This document shows positions 60,678 to 64,000 of a stretch of 64,000 nucleotides of DNA, in pieces. The notes below the pieces were generated by a model, which was not told the origin of the DNA, ran no database searches, and saw nothing but the letters and a program-made list of their open reading frames with translations. Where the stretch lies: assembly GCA_046563655.1 (NCBI GenBank), contig CM102284.1:2170001-2234000 (forward strand). Direction: 5' to 3'. A program made the position numbers and the translations under genes. The DNA is from Yuukianura sp. NJ FZ-2021 (Eukaryota). Numbering within the stretch: the stretch's first letter is position 1; each line of letters begins with the position of its first letter.

Positions 60678-61895
60678 TTAGTAAGTGGTATTTCTGATTA
60701 GGTTTTGGAAGTATTCAAATGCACAAACGGATGGTTTGTTAGCAAACTCTTCCATTTGTGACGGCGGTTTGACGATTGGTTTCACTTCCACTTCAGCGTC
60801 GGGATTGATGGAGAAGATACAACTTTGTCTTGGATTTGTAAGCAAGCGCTCCTCATCCATAATGCGAACTCGATGTGGCTAAAACCAAAAATAAATCAAT
60901 TTTAAACAGTTTTTGGAGAGAAGAATTTCAAGAGGTCAAAGGTCACCGTACCGTTGCTGGAAAGTGGCCAGCCGACCAGCGTTCTAAAAGTTGTCCAGTG
61001 TTGATCAAAATCGAATCTTTGACTGGAACTGCCGGCACCCATTCTCCATTGGTTCTCTTTGCCTCCAGCCCACCAATCATATCCTGTTTTCAAAAAAAAA
61101 TCTTACTTTACCGAAAAATTAAAAAAGAATTTTTTTTTTGAAATTTTGCTTGGAATAGAAGAGTAATTGTTCCCCAGTCAGTGTGCTCTCCGCACCGAAT
61201 TGCATTTTTTGGAATGTCGCTGAGAGAACTTCTGTCGAGCGGGTAATAGTAGAGTGACCTGAATCCTGACTGCGTCTTTTTGTTTTCGGGAAAGTCCATC
61301 CAGGAGTGATTCTTGACAAAGTACTCTTCATCCTCCAGTTTCAAGTAAATTCCAAGACATCGTAGCAGTTTCTTGACCAAATTCACGCAATCCTTTCGCA
61401 GAGAATCAAAATCTTCTTTGAGTCCAGGCACTTCCGACGGAAAACCGGCAATGTCGAAGGCCCGTGGCCACCAAAAGTCAAACGATTCCTTCAATTCGGT
61501 TGAATTTTTCAGCGTTTCATTTAAAAGTTCGTCTCCAGGACGAGAGTACCCGTGATAGTCTTCTGCTGGATCTTCCTTTCGGTATTTATCTTTTGTCTCT
61601 TGCGGCAGGTTGAAGAATGTTTTCGATTTTCGGTGAATCTCTTCCACCTAAAGTATAGAGCAGAAGTTTTCTAAAATACTCAAAGCGCTTTAGAAGTAAT
61701 ATAAACTGTTTTCAGAAACTCTTTCTTTTTGAAACTCACAATGTTCATGTCCACTCCGTGGTTGACGAGATATGCAAAGCCTATTCCTGTCATGGCGTCT
61801 GTGACTTCTATTGCGAAATTTGCCATTTCTGCATTTTGCAAATCGGCGTAATTCCCCGCGACACTTGAGCAATCGATAGTCACAATGCCATTCAT
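60678..61895 (-). CDS. 2-oxoglutarate/Fe(II) oxygenase, isopenicillin-N-synthase-like (DIOX_N + 2OG-FeII_Oxy), copy A
   Basis: 4 exons encoding IVTIDCS..GIGFAYLVNHGV, FFNLPQETKDKY, RCGEHTDWGTITLLFQDMIGGLE, INTGQLLERWSAG..PHRV and RQS (HxD...H and RxS motifs). The intron 2 donor is a weak GC. Confidence 0.88.
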
Positions 61896-62530
61896 TTCAG
61901 CTTGCGACTTAAATTTGATATGTCAGCCAATTTTCTTCTTAAACTCTTGCTTTGTTTTAATATTTTTGATTTTTTTAAACTTTATGTTTTGTGCTTAAAA
62001 ATCCTTCAAAAGTTCCTTTCAATGAGACTGGCACTGAAAACATGAGTTTTATGTAACGGAGTGTACGGTTAATCTTTTAAACTTCTCTTAACTTCAGAAG
62101 GACCAATATATATTGCGTTTGCGTGTAATTTAAACAGTCTGAATGTTGAAATTTGAAACACAAACTTGTGTTAAATGATCTTTAGACGACCTTTCCATGT
62201 TGTTTACGTGTGTATCTGAATGAGTTGGTCCCATTGAAGCGTCCGGTTAATATTTGGGCAAGACATTTGACTGTTGACATTTAATAGTCTCGAGGTAACT
62301 TAAAGTGATTAGTAAACCAACCGTTAAGAAAACAAGATTTCTTGCTTCATCGTCGCTGTTTGTAAGCTCCGTAAACAAACGACAACTCTGCCCATTAAAA
62401 TTTTCAAAGAAAAAGCTTTAAAGAAACCTGTACCAGAACCTAAAAACTTCTTTTTGAAAAAGTGGAATTTTCAATTCCATTGCTGTTATAATTCAACAAA
62501 AATTCGAGTTTTTGTTTTCATTTTAGCGGG

Positions 62531-63775
62531 TTAGTAATTTTTGGAATTTTTGATGAGGTTTTGGTAGTGTTCAAAAGCGAAAACTGAAGGTATTTTGGCA
62601 AATTCTTCCTTTTCTGAAGGTGGCTCGACGATTGGTTTCACTTCCACTTCAGCATCGGGATTGATGAAAAAGATGCAACTTTGTCTTGCATTTGTAAGGA
62701 GTCGCTCCTCATCCACAATTCGAACTCGATGAGGCTAAAATTAAAAAAAAATTGTAAAGAATTTTTATACGAAAGTTTTCAGGAGGTCAAAGGTCACCGT
62801 ACCGTTGCTGGAAAGTGGCCAGCCGACCAGCGCTCCAGAAGTTGTCCAGTGTTGATCAAAATGGAATCTTTCACTGGAACTGCCGGCACCCACTCTCCAT
62901 TTGTCCTCTTTACCTCCAGTCCCCCAATCATATCCTGTCGTTCAAAAAATATAAATTTTGGTTGAAAATTTTGAAACTTTTTTTTTGAAATTTAGTTTTA
63001 GTACTTGAAATAGAAGCGTGATTGTGCCCCAGTCTGAGTGTTCTCCGCACCGAATAGCGTTTTGCGGAATGTCGCTGAGAGAATTTCGGTCGAGCGGGTA
63101 GTAGTAAAGTGACCTGAACTGCGTCTGCGTCTTTTTGTATCCAGGAAAATCCATCCAGGAATGATTCTTAATAAAGTACTCTTCATCTTCCAGGTTCAAG
63201 TAAATCCCAAGACATCGCAGCAGTTTTTTGGCCAGGTTTACGCACTGCTGTCGCAGAGAATCAAAATCTTCTTTGAGTCCGGGTACCTCTGATGGAAAAT
63301 AGTCAGGGTCGAAGGCCCGAGGCCCCCAAATGTCAAAAAACTCCCGCAATTCGGTTGAATTTTTCTGCGTTTCATTTAAAAGTTCGTCTCCAGGACGAGA
63401 GTAGCCGTGAAAGTCTTCTGCTGGATCTTCCTTTCGGTATTTATCTTTTGTCTCTTGAGGCAGGTTGAAGAATTTTTTTGTTTTTCGGTGTATCTCTTCC
63501 AACTAGAGTACAAAACCACAAAAAATTAGTTTCGCAAAACTAAATTTTTCTAAACCTACAAAAATGTAAAACTATTCTAAAAAATGTTTTAGAAACCTCT
63601 TTTTTTGGGTGAAACTCACAATATTCATGTCTACTCCATGGTTTACGAGATATGCAAAGCCTATTCCTGTCATAGCATCTGTAAATTCTTTTGCGAAATC
63701 CGGCAAGTCTGCATCTTTCAAATCGGCATATTCACCCGCGACGCTTGAGCAGTCGATAGTCACGATTTCTTGCAT
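62531..63775 (-). CDS. 2-oxoglutarate/Fe(II) oxygenase, isopenicillin-N-synthase-like, copy B
   Basis: Tandem paralog with the same 4 exons; HSDWG, PHRV, RQS; all junctions GT-AG. Confidence 0.92.
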
Positions 63776-64000
63776 TTCTGTTTCAGACGTGAAAAAACTT
63801 TATGACTTCACACAATTATTTCTGTTCTAAACACTTATTTTTCTTTTAAAATTTTTGATACTGTTTTAAAGTTTATTTGCTGTGTTGGAAAAATTCCGTC
63901 TTCAACTTCAATTAAATTAACACTGCACTGAGAACGTGAGTTTTATGGAGAGTGGACAAAGACGTCTGTGTGGTTTATCTTGACTTCAAAAAGACAGAAA

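Noticed and set aside
1-64000. Prokaryotic systems, tRNA/rRNA genes or autonomous transposases
   Set aside because: None seen; every long ORF is an exon of a spliced eukaryotic gene, and no transposase or reverse transcriptase motifs were found.

Overview
AT-rich, gene-dense eukaryotic (animal) genomic DNA with short GT-AG introns. It is most likely an arthropod, and a springtail (Collembola) is my guess from gene content; this is inference only. Conserved genes are Sulf1 (partial), FBXO9, meteorin-like, an E63-1/calmodulin-like EF-hand protein, NHS/GUK-holder and RSPH3. These are interleaved with lineage-type cargo: a DUF229 gene, a CAD/YahK-type alcohol dehydrogenase, a tandem array of signal-peptide-bearing SEC14/CRAL-TRIO genes (5 complete + 1 deleted copy), an ~18-exon repeat protein built from symmetric phase-1 exons, several orphan secreted or membrane proteins, and two tandem IPNS-like 2OG-Fe(II) oxygenases. 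Many MITEs and DINE-1/HINE-like repeats sit in introns and spacers. Most notable: (i) the whole DUF229 gene is enclosed by inverted arms that both begin with CACAGTG (Transib/RSS-heptamer-like), suggesting gene capture; (ii) the one-exon-one-repeat acidic/His protein; (iii) apparently secreted SEC14 paralogs; (iv) a dense TTAAGGG(C/T)C motif cluster in the meteorin first intron. Exon boundaries were read by eye and may be off by a few bases.
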